From IMG/VR virus record IMGVR_UViG_3300028392_000038, positions 1-64,000 of that record: a stretch of DNA of 64,000 bases, one strand, 5' to 3'. Every line of letters starts with the position of its first letter. Within the stretch, counting starts at the first letter, position 1. The notes below the pieces were generated by a model. The model did no database searches and was not told the DNA's origin. It worked only from the letters and a program-made list of their open reading frames with translations. This DNA is from a virus. A program made the position numbers and the translations under genes. Of this stretch, positions 49,194-58,671 are shown in pieces.

Positions 49194-49808
49194 ATGGGAA
49201 AAATACAAATAGAAGGATTGATATTTATAAGTGGATTACTAATTGGTTGTCTTATAACTTATATACTTTCTAATTTAATTAGTAGGTCTAAAAATAAAAG
49301 TATATTAAAAGATAATATAAATCAATTTATTCAAATACTTAAAAATATAAAATCAGATAAAACTAAATTCAAAAGTAGAGTAAATAACACAATCTACATA
49401 GAAACTAATTTAAGTAATTATGGTGATGTTGGTCTTGTTTGTCTTTTAGATAAAAAAGACATCTCTATTTTTAAAGATGAAAAATGCATCTATACATCTA
49501 ATCTAATAAATAGGGATTTAATAAATGAAATAACAAAAGCCATTGAATTAAAACACAATAAAGATATAAATGATGTTGTTGAGATATTAGGATTTGTTTT
49601 TTCAAGAGAAGATTTTGAAAAGTCATTCAATGTTAATATTAAAGAAATAAAAAATGGTGTTAAAAAAGAGGAGTCTGATATTGAAAAAATTCTTAAAAAG
49701 AATAAGAAAAGATTTGATATTGATGAAATCTTAGATAAGATAAGTAAAGTAGGTATTAAAAATTTAACAGAAGAAGAAAAACAATTTTTAAACAACTATA
49801 ACAAATAA
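49194..49808 (+). CDS. Membrane-anchored protein with C-terminal DIDEILDKIS..G...LT.EEK.FL (DUF6576-like) motif
   Basis: N-terminal hydrophobic helix and the C-terminal motif. Confidence 0.65.
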   Translation: MGKIQIEGLIFISGLLIGCLITYILSNLISRSKNKSILKDNINQFIQILKNIKSDKTKFKSRVNNTIYIETNLSNYGDVGLVCLLDKKDISIFKDEKCIYTSNLINRDLINEITKAIELKHNKDINDVVEILGFVFSREDFEKSFNVNIKEIKNGVKKEESDIEKILKKNKKRFDIDEILDKISKVGIKNLTEEEKQFLNNYNK

Positions 49809-49813
49809 AACTT

Positions 49814-50041
49814 ATGATAAAAGAACTAACACTGAAAAGTTACGAGTATTTAATGATTGAAACATTTAAAAGGATAAAAGAAAATAAACATTATGATGTA
49901 AACTTCAAACCTTATAGAAAAGAATTACTTAAAAATTTACTCACATTCTTTGAGGAAAGAGAAGAATATGAAAAGTGTAAAATGATACATGAACTTATGA
50001 CATCAAGATATAATCACGAATTAAACTATAAAAAAATATAA
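49814..50041 (+). CDS. Small protein with UVR-like motif
   Basis: LLTFFEEREEYEKCKMI. Confidence 0.55.
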   Translation: MIKELTLKSYEYLMIETFKRIKENKHYDVNFKPYRKELLKNLLTFFEEREEYEKCKMIHELMTSRYNHELNYKKI

Positions 50042-50042
50042 T

Positions 50043-50360
50043 ATGATAGAAGGATCAACAATGAGAGTAGGAGGAAGACCTCTAAAACACTGGATTGGAA
50101 CAAAGTTACAATCTTGGGGAGCAAAAATTGCAAACAAAAATAAACATATAGTGGTAACAAATCCATCTTGTAAGTTATTTAATCCATTCACTTTAGTAGT
50201 AAATTTCACAGTGGATAATATTGATAAATATCAAGTTGTTCTACAAGGAGATTATAAAAAAATATACAAAGAGGTTGGTGATAATATACCGGAACTGACC
50301 GAAAGAGAATTATTTCTTATAATATCTGAAAACAAAAGAGAATGGTTCAAAAAAGAATAA
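50043..50360 (+). CDS. Hypothetical protein
   Basis: Tightly packed operon ORF. Confidence 0.6.
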   Translation: MIEGSTMRVGGRPLKHWIGTKLQSWGAKIANKNKHIVVTNPSCKLFNPFTLVVNFTVDNIDKYQVVLQGDYKKIYKEVGDNIPELTERELFLIISENKREWFKKE

Positions 50361-50361
50361 T

Positions 50362-51039
50362 ATGAATATAGTTCAAAATCCAGATGGTTCAATTTCAATT
50401 ATAGATGATGAAATTGGTCAAATAAAAGATATATCTGATTTAACATATGAAAGATCTGAAATTCCTCAATATTTAATTGATGAGTGTAATAAATTATCAC
50501 AAATTGAAGATAAAACATATTTTATATTTGACAAATCTATTTCTTCTTCTATTAAATTAAAATATAATCCAAATAAAGAAACTATTAGAGATATTAAAAT
50601 TGATGAGATTTTAGAAGATACTGGTAAATATCATATTGATGATGAATTAGGATTCAAAGACCTACCATCTAGATTTTCATACTATGATACTGAAACAAAA
50701 CTATCTGATAGATATGTTAGATATAAATTTGTATTAGACTTCATAAAAAAATTAGGATTTATACCATCTGAATTTAACTTAGGACCTGAATATGAACAAA
50801 GTTATTCACTTGAGATAAATTATACATTAAATAAACAAAATGTAGCATTAGGTGAGTATATACATAAATATATCTTAAGATTAAGACCTAATTTATTTAT
50901 ATCTATAATTTCTGATAATTCTTTTGTATATGATACATTTTTTAATAAAAATAAAATTATCAATGTTCTAAATGAAACTTGTCCGATTGAATTCAAGTCA
51001 GTAATAAGAGATATAAAAATAGAAGAGATTATGAAATAA
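50362..51039 (+). CDS. Hypothetical protein with two IRDIKIxEI motifs
   Basis: Internal IRDIKIDEILE and C-terminal IRDIKIEEIMK. Confidence 0.65.
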   Translation: MNIVQNPDGSISIIDDEIGQIKDISDLTYERSEIPQYLIDECNKLSQIEDKTYFIFDKSISSSIKLKYNPNKETIRDIKIDEILEDTGKYHIDDELGFKDLPSRFSYYDTETKLSDRYVRYKFVLDFIKKLGFIPSEFNLGPEYEQSYSLEINYTLNKQNVALGEYIHKYILRLRPNLFISIISDNSFVYDTFFNKNKIINVLNETCPIEFKSVIRDIKIEEIMK

Positions 51040-51066
51040 AAAGAGGAAGATTTACTTCCTCTTTTT
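51038..51066. terminator. Bidirectional terminator
   Basis: AAAAAGAGGAAG-ATTTA-CTTCCTCTTTTT between convergent genes. Confidence 0.85.
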
Positions 51067-51897
51067 TTATTTAAGTAAATTGTAATACTCGTTAAAATGT
51101 TTAATTCTATCCGGCAGTCCAATTGTTCCGCCATTTACTCTTTTTGTTACTGATGTTACGGTAGCATCATCAGCACCTTTATCACAGATAGACCAAAGTT
51201 TATTAGAATCAAAGAAGAAAGCGGCAGAAGCTAAAGGATATTTAGTAGCTACTAAATCTGGGTTACCAACTGTATCTTCTCCAATAAATTGAGCAAATTT
51301 TGTATAATTAGATTTTCCGGTTAATTGTATATAACCTCTGCCTCTAAATTTATAACCTTCTTTTGTAGACTCATCACCATTACCCATTCTATTACCATAA
51401 ACTCTTGATGCAATCATTTCTGGTTTTTTCTCATATTGAGCAGCAGTTGTTCCATCAAAATACTTACCAAAAGTTCCTAATAATCCTTTTGCACTGTAGT
51501 TTAAGTTTTCATTAACTGCTTTAAACCCACCACTTTCATGACCACATTGTGCCAGGAAGTGAGATAATCTTAAAGGATTAGTAATATTAAATTTAGCAGC
51601 AGTATCAGGTATTTGAGCGATAACAGAATCAGGAACATGTCCTTTTAATTTTTCTAATTTAAAATCACTTGGTGGAATAACAACATTTGCAACTGGTTGA
51701 CTTGTTGTAGTCTCTGATCCAAATAACTTAACCCAAGATGAATCACCAATTATACCATCAGCAGTTAAACCATTTTTTGATTGCCACTCTTTTACTAATT
51801 TTTCAGTACCAGGACCAAATGAACCATCAGCACTGGTTCCTAATTTCTCTTGGAGTTTTTTTACATCCTCTCCTTTAGATCCAACTTTTAATAACAT
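51067..51897 (-). CDS. Endolysin: peptidoglycan-binding domain plus GH19 catalytic domain
   Basis: LKVGSKGEDVKKLQ..DG.FG..T...VK.WQ...GL.ADG; HFLAQCGHES, ENLNYS, FRGRGYIQLTG and VNGG..GL.DR motifs. Confidence 0.9.
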   Translation of the reverse strand: MLLKVGSKGEDVKKLQEKLGTSADGSFGPGTEKLVKEWQSKNGLTADGIIGDSSWVKLFGSETTTSQPVANVVIPPSDFKLEKLKGHVPDSVIAQIPDTAAKFNITNPLRLSHFLAQCGHESGGFKAVNENLNYSAKGLLGTFGKYFDGTTAAQYEKKPEMIASRVYGNRMGNGDESTKEGYKFRGRGYIQLTGKSNYTKFAQFIGEDTVGNPDLVATKYPLASAAFFFDSNKLWSICDKGADDATVTSVTKRVNGGTIGLPDRIKHFNEYYNLLK

Positions 51898-51962
51898 AAT
51901 TTTATAATTTTTTTTTGTATATTTGTATATATTGAATATTAAAAAATTAAAATTTACAATTT

Positions 51963-52199
51963 ATGGATGAAAATATAGATAAGGTTAAACCGTATCAAAG
52001 GTTACAAGCGGTTTTATCAGATGGTAAATTTTCAAAAGATTTAAAACTAACTGATAGAGGATTATCTATAATAGATGATATATTAGATGGAGGTATAGAA
52101 AAAGAAACCTTTTGGATTAAAATTAAAAGCTTTTTTTTGAAAATAGACTCTAAGATATTTGTCAAACAAAAAATAGTTAATAATTTTCAAAAAAGATGA
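51963..52199 (+). CDS. Hypothetical protein
   Basis: 78-aa ORF with a TATATTTGTA box upstream. Confidence 0.55.
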   Translation: MDENIDKVKPYQRLQAVLSDGKFSKDLKLTDRGLSIIDDILDGGIEKETFWIKIKSFFLKIDSKIFVKQKIVNNFQKR

Positions 52200-52219
52200 G
52201 TAAATTCAAAAAAACAAAC

Positions 52220-52807
52220 TCAAATGTCATAAACACCATTAAATTGGTGAAAATCTTCAAATCCATTAAGAGAATCTCTGTGTCTTTGCCAATTTTCCCA
52301 CATATTTAGTATAGGAGGTTTGGGTGGTAAATACTCACTCATTTGTCTTATTCTTTGATAATACATCATATCTACATCTTTGAAAATATTATTCATTCTT
52401 TCCAAGGCAAATTTATTAGCGTCTTTTTCTAACTCAATATAAGATTTGAAAAATTCTTCTTTATCTTTTCTAAATATTTCAGCATGAACATCATGACCTT
52501 CTCTTCTATATTGCATAACATGACCCATTTCATGAAATATTAAAAATATAACCATTGGGAATGTTTGTTCTGTTAAGAACTGACTATTCACTACAACCGA
52601 TTCATCTTTAAAATAATATCCAAAGAAATTTCTATTTAATTGTCTAAATTCAATTTTTACATCAGGATATTTAGAAAGTTCCTCCAAGAAAGAAGGAATA
52701 AGTGTAGGGTATTTATTGGATATCCTATTTAAATAGACTTCTAACTCTTGTGGTATTTGATTATTATTCTCATTTTCAAAGATTTTATATCTTTTTAAGT
52801 ATTTCAT
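52220..52807 (-). CDS. HExxH zinc metalloprotease-like protein with capsid-targeting-like N-terminus
   Basis: FHEMGH..Q and downstream LEKDANKFA; starts MKYLKRYKIFENE. Confidence 0.7.
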   Translation of the reverse strand: MKYLKRYKIFENENNNQIPQELEVYLNRISNKYPTLIPSFLEELSKYPDVKIEFRQLNRNFFGYYFKDESVVVNSQFLTEQTFPMVIFLIFHEMGHVMQYRREGHDVHAEIFRKDKEEFFKSYIELEKDANKFALERMNNIFKDVDMMYYQRIRQMSEYLPPKPPILNMWENWQRHRDSLNGFEDFHQFNGVYDI

Positions 52808-52848
52808 ATTAGTATTAATATTTAGAATATATCATGATGTTACATGTT

Positions 52849-53556
52849 TTAAGAAATCCAGATAAAATGATCATTTGATTCTTTTTCAAATTTATAATCA
52901 CCTAAACAATCAGTTATTGTTTTAATTAGTTTTTCTTCAGTAAAAATATCAGACAATTTAGATTCAAATATATCTTTATCTATTAATCTGGACAATTCAA
53001 TAGAAATATCAGTAACTATTTCAAATTTACTTTTAGATATTTCATCATAAAGATGATCAAACATATTGTATTTAATTACATTTATTTCTTCTAAAGAATA
53101 AATTATAACATTACAATCTTGTTTTTCCCAATCAGAAATTTTGAATATGTGTTTATCAGAATCAACTGAATCAATATGACCTAAATTAGTATCAAAATAA
53201 TCAGCCAAAACTTTTTCCATTTTTTGAGTTGATTTTTCAATTCCCTTATATAAACATTCTTTCATAGAATGAATTTTGAATTCACTTGATTCAAATACTT
53301 TAAAAGATTCAAAAGTAATAACTCCATCTTTTTCCATAGCCTCTCTATCATCTAAAATATCTTTTAGAATTACATCAGCTCTTTTAATATCTTTCATCTT
53401 GTTCTTTTCTAAAAATCTACTAAATCTTTCAGAACCAGGTTGTAAATATCTTTTAAGATTTGATGGTCTTATTTTATGTTGTTCAGTATACTCATCAAGT
53501 AATCCATTTATTATTTGATAATACTTATTAACATCTTCTCTATTATTAATCGACAT
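52849..53556 (-). CDS. Hypothetical protein
   Basis: 235 aa; internal VITFESFKVFES. Confidence 0.7.
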   Translation of the reverse strand: MSINNREDVNKYYQIINGLLDEYTEQHKIRPSNLKRYLQPGSERFSRFLEKNKMKDIKRADVILKDILDDREAMEKDGVITFESFKVFESSEFKIHSMKECLYKGIEKSTQKMEKVLADYFDTNLGHIDSVDSDKHIFKISDWEKQDCNVIIYSLEEINVIKYNMFDHLYDEISKSKFEIVTDISIELSRLIDKDIFESKLSDIFTEEKLIKTITDCLGDYKFEKESNDHFIWIS

Positions 53557-53842
53557 CTTGATTGTTATCTTTTTTCAAATCAAATAAGCTAACAGCTTCT
53601 TGATCCTCTTTTCTATCTTCTATATTAATACCTCTAACTTCAGCAATTTCATACCATTCATCTTCAGGTAATTCTTCAATTTCAGTTGAACCACATTTAC
53701 AAGATTTAGATTCTTTGTTAAATTCTTTCCAAATATTATCACACTCATCACATGAATAGTAACTAGTTAAAAAGTTTTTAGTAGTAACTGGAACCGTCTG
53801 TGAAAAGTCAAATGTTTCAAATTTTTTCAAATGTTTCATCAT
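53546..53842 (-). CDS. Zinc-ribbon protein with capsid-targeting-like N-terminus
   Basis: Starts MKHLKKFETF; YSCDEC...CKCGS. Confidence 0.7.
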   Translation of the reverse strand: MMKHLKKFETFDFSQTVPVTTKNFLTSYYSCDECDNIWKEFNKESKSCKCGSTEIEELPEDEWYEIAEVRGINIEDRKEDQEAVSLFDLKKDNNQDVD

Positions 53843-53978
53843 TGTGAATATTATGTTTCATCTATATATTAAATAATTTTTACTCTTTTTATTAAAAAAC
53901 ATTGGAAATTTTAAAACAAAGACATATATTTTTTATATATAATACTCAAATACAAAAAAAACAAAAAATAAAATACCT

Positions 53979-54167
53979 ATGAAAAAAATCGCAATCGTAT
54001 TATTCGCAGTAATCTCTTTAACATCTTGTGGTGGTGGAGAAGCTAAATGTGAAGGTAGTAACTGTGACTCAACAGCAGTTGTAGCACCAGTAGCTGACTC
54101 TTTAGCTCCAGTAGCAGATACATTAGCAGTGGATACTACAGCAGTAGTTACTCCAACTGTTAAGTAA
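53979..54167 (+). CDS. Small lipoprotein
   Basis: MKK, hydrophobic core and LTS-C lipobox; DST/DSL/DTL/DTT motifs; own promoter and terminator. Confidence 0.8.
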   Translation: MKKIAIVLFAVISLTSCGGGEAKCEGSNCDSTAVVAPVADSLAPVADTLAVDTTAVVTPTVK

Positions 54168-54192
54168 TTATTAACTACTTCCGAATGAAACT

Positions 54193-54220
54193 AAAAGAGA
54201 GAATTAAATTCTCTCTTTTT
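54193..54220 (+). terminator. Intrinsic terminator
   Basis: AAAAGAGAGAATT-A-AATTCTCTCTTTT followed by a T-tract. Confidence 0.8.
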
Positions 54221-54259
54221 TATTTTTAAACTTATTCAAGTAAATTATAAATAATTAAT

Positions 54260-54985
54260 ATGAGAATTGAATGCCAAGATAATTTAATATTTATGAAATC
54301 AATAGAAGATAATTCTATTGATGTTATTTATTGTGATATTCTATACGGAACCGGTAGAAAATTTTCAGACTACCAAGATTTAAAACCAATCAAATCAGAT
54401 ATTGAAGAACACTATATACCTCGTATAAAAGAAATGCACCGTGTTCTAAAAGAAACAGGAACTATTTATCTTCAAATGGATACTAAAATAAATCATTGGA
54501 TCCGTTGTATTATGGATGATATCTTTGGATATGAAATGATGAGAAATGAAATTATTTGGTTTTATAATACCGCACCAAGAAAGAAAATGGACTTTGGAAA
54601 AAGACATGATATAATTCTAAGATATACAAAATCAGATAATTATAAATTTAATCCACCAAGAGAACCTTATTCACTATCAGCTCCAAGAGGATATGAAAAA
54701 GAAAAATACTACCATCCAGAAGGTAAAGTTATTGGTGATGTTTGGCAAATGAATATATTAGGTCAAAATGATAAGAAAGAAAGAGTAGGGTATGATACTC
54801 AAAAACCTAAACAACTTATAGAAAGAATTATAACTTCATCTTCTGATGAAGGAGATACAATTGCTGATTTCTACTTAGGAAGTGGAACAACAGCTTTAGT
54901 TGCTAAAGAATTAAATAGAGATTTTATTGGATGTGATATAAATCCAAAGGCAATTGAACTCACTAATCAAAGATTAAATAAATAG
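54260..54985 (+). CDS. Beta-class N6A/N4C DNA methyltransferase
   Basis: IDVIYCDILY (motif IV position), RNEIIW.Y, YDTQKP..LIERII and DFYLGSGTT motifs. Confidence 0.85.
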   Translation: MRIECQDNLIFMKSIEDNSIDVIYCDILYGTGRKFSDYQDLKPIKSDIEEHYIPRIKEMHRVLKETGTIYLQMDTKINHWIRCIMDDIFGYEMMRNEIIWFYNTAPRKKMDFGKRHDIILRYTKSDNYKFNPPREPYSLSAPRGYEKEKYYHPEGKVIGDVWQMNILGQNDKKERVGYDTQKPKQLIERIITSSSDEGDTIADFYLGSGTTALVAKELNRDFIGCDINPKAIELTNQRLNK

Positions 54986-55030
54986 ATTCTTCAATTTTAT
55001 ATATAGATTATATACTTTAATATATAATTT

Positions 55031-55933
55031 ATGAACTTAAAGCAAACAAGAGATTACTATAATAATAAACCCGTTGAATATGTGGTGAGAGAACATTATG
55101 AGTTAATTGAAGATAATGAGTATATTCCAAGATTTTCACTTAAAAATGTTAAAGACATCGCTGATATTCCTATCAATGAGCCTATTAAATATACTGAAGA
55201 AGTTATAAAGAAGTGTATTAAGTATGGTATGGTTATATTAATAAACTATAAAGGTGAAAAAGATTCTCATTTTGCAGGACATGAAAGGGTTGTTTACCCT
55301 ATGGTTCTTGGTAAATCAACACAAGGTAAAGTTCTTTTAAGAGGGTGGCACTTAAATGGTTGGTCTGTTTCAAATAAAAGACATATTAATAAAATCTGGC
55401 GTTTATTCAGAGCTGATAGAATTCTATCTGTTACTTTCACTGGTTCTTTTTACCGTTTACCTCCAGCTGGTTATAATATGAATGACAAAGGAATGAGAGG
55501 TGGTATTATAGTAAAAGCTGACTTTGCTCAAATTAGAAAGAATCAACAAGATTTAGTTAATAAGAATAAAATTCAAAATAGAGAAGAGGTTACTCTTGGA
55601 GATGAACAAAGAAAATTCATAACTATTAGAGTAAAAGAAACTGATACTAAATTAGATTTAATAAAACCATTTGAAAATGCTTATATCAATAATTCTAAAG
55701 ATATGGCAAATGTTAGATTATCATTTCTTAAAAGTGTTTATGGAAATAAATATGTCGCTATATTAGGAGCACTTGGTCAACCAGGTAATACTGTTAAAAT
55801 ATTAACAGATAAAGGTTCTCAATTAGGAGTTTATAAAGTATTAGATTCTATTACAGGTGAGGTACTAAAAAGCATTAAAAATGTAAAAGGAAACACTATT
55901 TATGATCTTTATCTGTTTGATAAAAAAGTTTAA
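55031..55933 (+). CDS. WYL-like domain protein
   Basis: I.Y......R...P..LG......LRGW.......WRLFRADRI pattern. Confidence 0.6.
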   Translation: MNLKQTRDYYNNKPVEYVVREHYELIEDNEYIPRFSLKNVKDIADIPINEPIKYTEEVIKKCIKYGMVILINYKGEKDSHFAGHERVVYPMVLGKSTQGKVLLRGWHLNGWSVSNKRHINKIWRLFRADRILSVTFTGSFYRLPPAGYNMNDKGMRGGIIVKADFAQIRKNQQDLVNKNKIQNREEVTLGDEQRKFITIRVKETDTKLDLIKPFENAYINNSKDMANVRLSFLKSVYGNKYVAILGALGQPGNTVKILTDKGSQLGVYKVLDSITGEVLKSIKNVKGNTIYDLYLFDKKV

Positions 55934-55955
55934 AAATAGAATTAATATATAGTTT

Positions 55956-57110
55956 ATGATACAGAATTTTAATAATTTCATTAATGAGGAATTAAGAATA
56001 GATAAGTTAGATGATAAATCGCTTAATCAATTAAAGTTAAATTTAATGGATAGGTTATCAGAATATAGAACTTACATTCTTAATAACATAATTTATAATA
56101 TGGCTACTAATAAAGTAGAGTATAAAGAATTTGAAAACATAGATATTGCAACTATATTAAGAGAACTTAATAATGAATTCACAAATGAAGTTGTTCAAGA
56201 TATGAACATAGAAACTTTTTTAAGAAAGTTAAATCAAATATTAGACCTTCAAAAAAGAAACACTAAAAGAAGAATAAGAGAAGAGTTTGATGAATATTAT
56301 AATTCAATTGAACAAAGAGTTTCTAAAATATCTAGAGGTGAAGATGAAGAACATTTTGATGCGGTTGAAGGTGAAGACTCTTTAATAACTAGAAAACAAT
56401 ATGAAACTGAGAAGTTTGGACTACAAGTTGAATTGTTAAAATTACAAGAATGGGTAGTTAAAAATAAGAAAAAAGTGGCTATTGTATTTGAAGGAAGAGA
56501 TGCTGCTGGTAAAGGATCTACTATTAAAAGATTTACAGAATACCTAAATCCAAGAGGATTTAAGATTGTAGCACTTGGATTACCAACTGATGAAGAAAAG
56601 AAAAATTGGTTTGCGAGATATGAAAAATATATGCCTCAACCAGGTGAAATAGTTTTCTTTGACCGTTCTTGGCACAATCGATCAATTGTTGAGCCAGCGA
56701 TGGGTTATTGTTCAGAAGAACAATATATTGACTTCATGAATAATGTAAATAAATGGGAGGATCACTTAGTGAAAGATGAAGATATTATCTTAATTAAGTT
56801 TTGGTTCTCTATCACTAAAGAAAAACAAGAGTTAAGATTTGATTTAAGAAAATCAAACCCATTAAAATATTGGAAGTTTTCTCCAAATGATGCTAAAGTA
56901 ATTGATAAATGGGATATTATTGGTAAATATAAAAACCAAATGTTTAGTAAAAATTCAACACCTTTGTGTCCGTGGGTAATTATAAATAGTAACGATAAAA
57001 AGATAGGTAGATTAAATGCCATCAGATATGTACTGAGTGTTATTCCATATGATGGAAGAGATGAAAAATCTTGTGAATATTACCCAGAAGTTGTAAATAT
57101 TTTAAAATAA
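55956..57110 (+). CDS. ppk2: Polyphosphate kinase 2 with ~140-aa N-terminal extension
   Basis: LQVELLKLQ.W, FEGRDAAGKG, LNPRG, FDRSW, K.WFSI, WKFSPND and PW motifs. Confidence 0.92.
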   Translation: MIQNFNNFINEELRIDKLDDKSLNQLKLNLMDRLSEYRTYILNNIIYNMATNKVEYKEFENIDIATILRELNNEFTNEVVQDMNIETFLRKLNQILDLQKRNTKRRIREEFDEYYNSIEQRVSKISRGEDEEHFDAVEGEDSLITRKQYETEKFGLQVELLKLQEWVVKNKKKVAIVFEGRDAAGKGSTIKRFTEYLNPRGFKIVALGLPTDEEKKNWFARYEKYMPQPGEIVFFDRSWHNRSIVEPAMGYCSEEQYIDFMNNVNKWEDHLVKDEDIILIKFWFSITKEKQELRFDLRKSNPLKYWKFSPNDAKVIDKWDIIGKYKNQMFSKNSTPLCPWVIINSNDKKIGRLNAIRYVLSVIPYDGRDEKSCEYYPEVVNILK

Positions 57111-58018
57111 TGGATAAAAGAATATTATCATTTGATAAGTTCAAATTACATTGTAACGACATATTTAATAATAAATATGATTATACTAAATCAGAGTATC
57201 TAGGGATGAAACACCCTATAGAAATAATATGTCCTATACATGGAGAGTTCACACAAAAGGCACATAGTCACTATTTGGGACATCACTGTTTTAAATGCTC
57301 AGGTAATAAAAAGTTAAAAAATGAGGAAATAATAGAACAATTTGTTAAAAAACATGGAGGTAGATATGACTACTCAAAAGTAAATTATGTAAATAATAAA
57401 ACGAGAGTTGAAATAGTATGTAAAATACACGGATCTTTCTACCAATCACCATATGAACATAAAAATGGACAAGGTTGTCCAAATTGTATTAAAAATAGGA
57501 AATTAGATAATAACATGTTTATAGAATTGGCTAATGATGTACACGATTTTAAATATAAATATAGTGATGATTATTTTAATAGTAAAACAAAGGTAAATAT
57601 TATCTGTTCAAAACATGGTGAATTTAAGATGACGCCAAATCATCACATAAGGGGACAAGGTTGTCCAAATTGCAAAAGTTCATTAGGTGAACTACTGGTT
57701 AGAAAATATTTAACTGATAATAAGATTAATTATGAAAGACAGAAGCTCTTTAAAGATTTGGTTAATAGTAATAAAAGACATTTATTTTTTGACTTCTATT
57801 TAACAGATCATAATATCTGTATAGAATATGATGGTATACAACACTTTCAACCAGTTGTCGCATTTGGTGGTCAAAATTCATTTAATAAAATTTTAAAAAA
57901 TAATGAAATAAAAAATAAATATTGTCTAATTAATAATATAAAGCTAATAAGGATACCATATTTTAAAATAAAGGAGATTAAAAATATTCTAGATATAGAA
58001 ATTAATATAAAAAATTAA
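57110..58018 (+). mobile_element. Putative homing endonuclease: three zinc-binding repeats (DUF723-like) plus a PD-(D/E)XK nuclease
   Basis: Three I.C..HG.F......H..G..C..C repeats; FDFYL...IEYDG.QH. Confidence 0.75.
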
Positions 58019-58067
58019 TATATAATAAAATAAAGGTTATTAACCTAGAAAAAATAAATATAATAAA

Positions 58068-58652
58068 ATGAGTATTAAATCATTCGATTCATTTAATGAA
58101 AAAAAATGGATACAAGACGCGATTAAAAATCCAGGAGCATTGAAAAAGTCAATGGGTAAAGGTGAAGATGAGAAACTTACTAAAGCTGAAATAGAATCTG
58201 AGTTAAAAGAACTTAAAGCTAAAGATAAAGATCCTAAAAAACCAGGAGCTCAATTAGGTAAAAAAGATGCTACTAAAAAAAGAAGATTAGAGTTAGCTAA
58301 AACCTTAAGATCATTCAAAGAACACCAAGAAACAGATAATTATATGTTCTTTGGTAATTTAGAAACTATGAAAAGATTAGTTGATGAGTTATTAGAAATG
58401 GATCATTCACAAATTGACTCTATCTTAAATGAACATGATTGGGCATCTGACCATATTTCAGTAGCTACTGAAAACCTAGAACAAGTATTTGATTTCTTAG
58501 CAGGACATAATTTACCAGATGGTGAAATGGAACATGAAATGGAAGAACATGAAGAAGAACACCACGAAGAAGAACACCACGAAGAAGAGGAAGAACACGA
58601 AGAGGAAGAAGAAAATGGTGGTTTAATGAAATTCGGAGAATTCGGATCTTAA
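58068..58652 (+). CDS. Hypothetical protein with capsid-targeting-like N-terminus and His/Glu-rich tail
   Basis: Starts MSIKSFDSFNE; EEHHEEEHHEEEEE tract. Confidence 0.75.
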   Translation: MSIKSFDSFNEKKWIQDAIKNPGALKKSMGKGEDEKLTKAEIESELKELKAKDKDPKKPGAQLGKKDATKKRRLELAKTLRSFKEHQETDNYMFFGNLETMKRLVDELLEMDHSQIDSILNEHDWASDHISVATENLEQVFDFLAGHNLPDGEMEHEMEEHEEEHHEEEHHEEEEEHEEEEENGGLMKFGEFGS

Positions 58653-58671
58653 AAAAAAATAAATAAAACAA

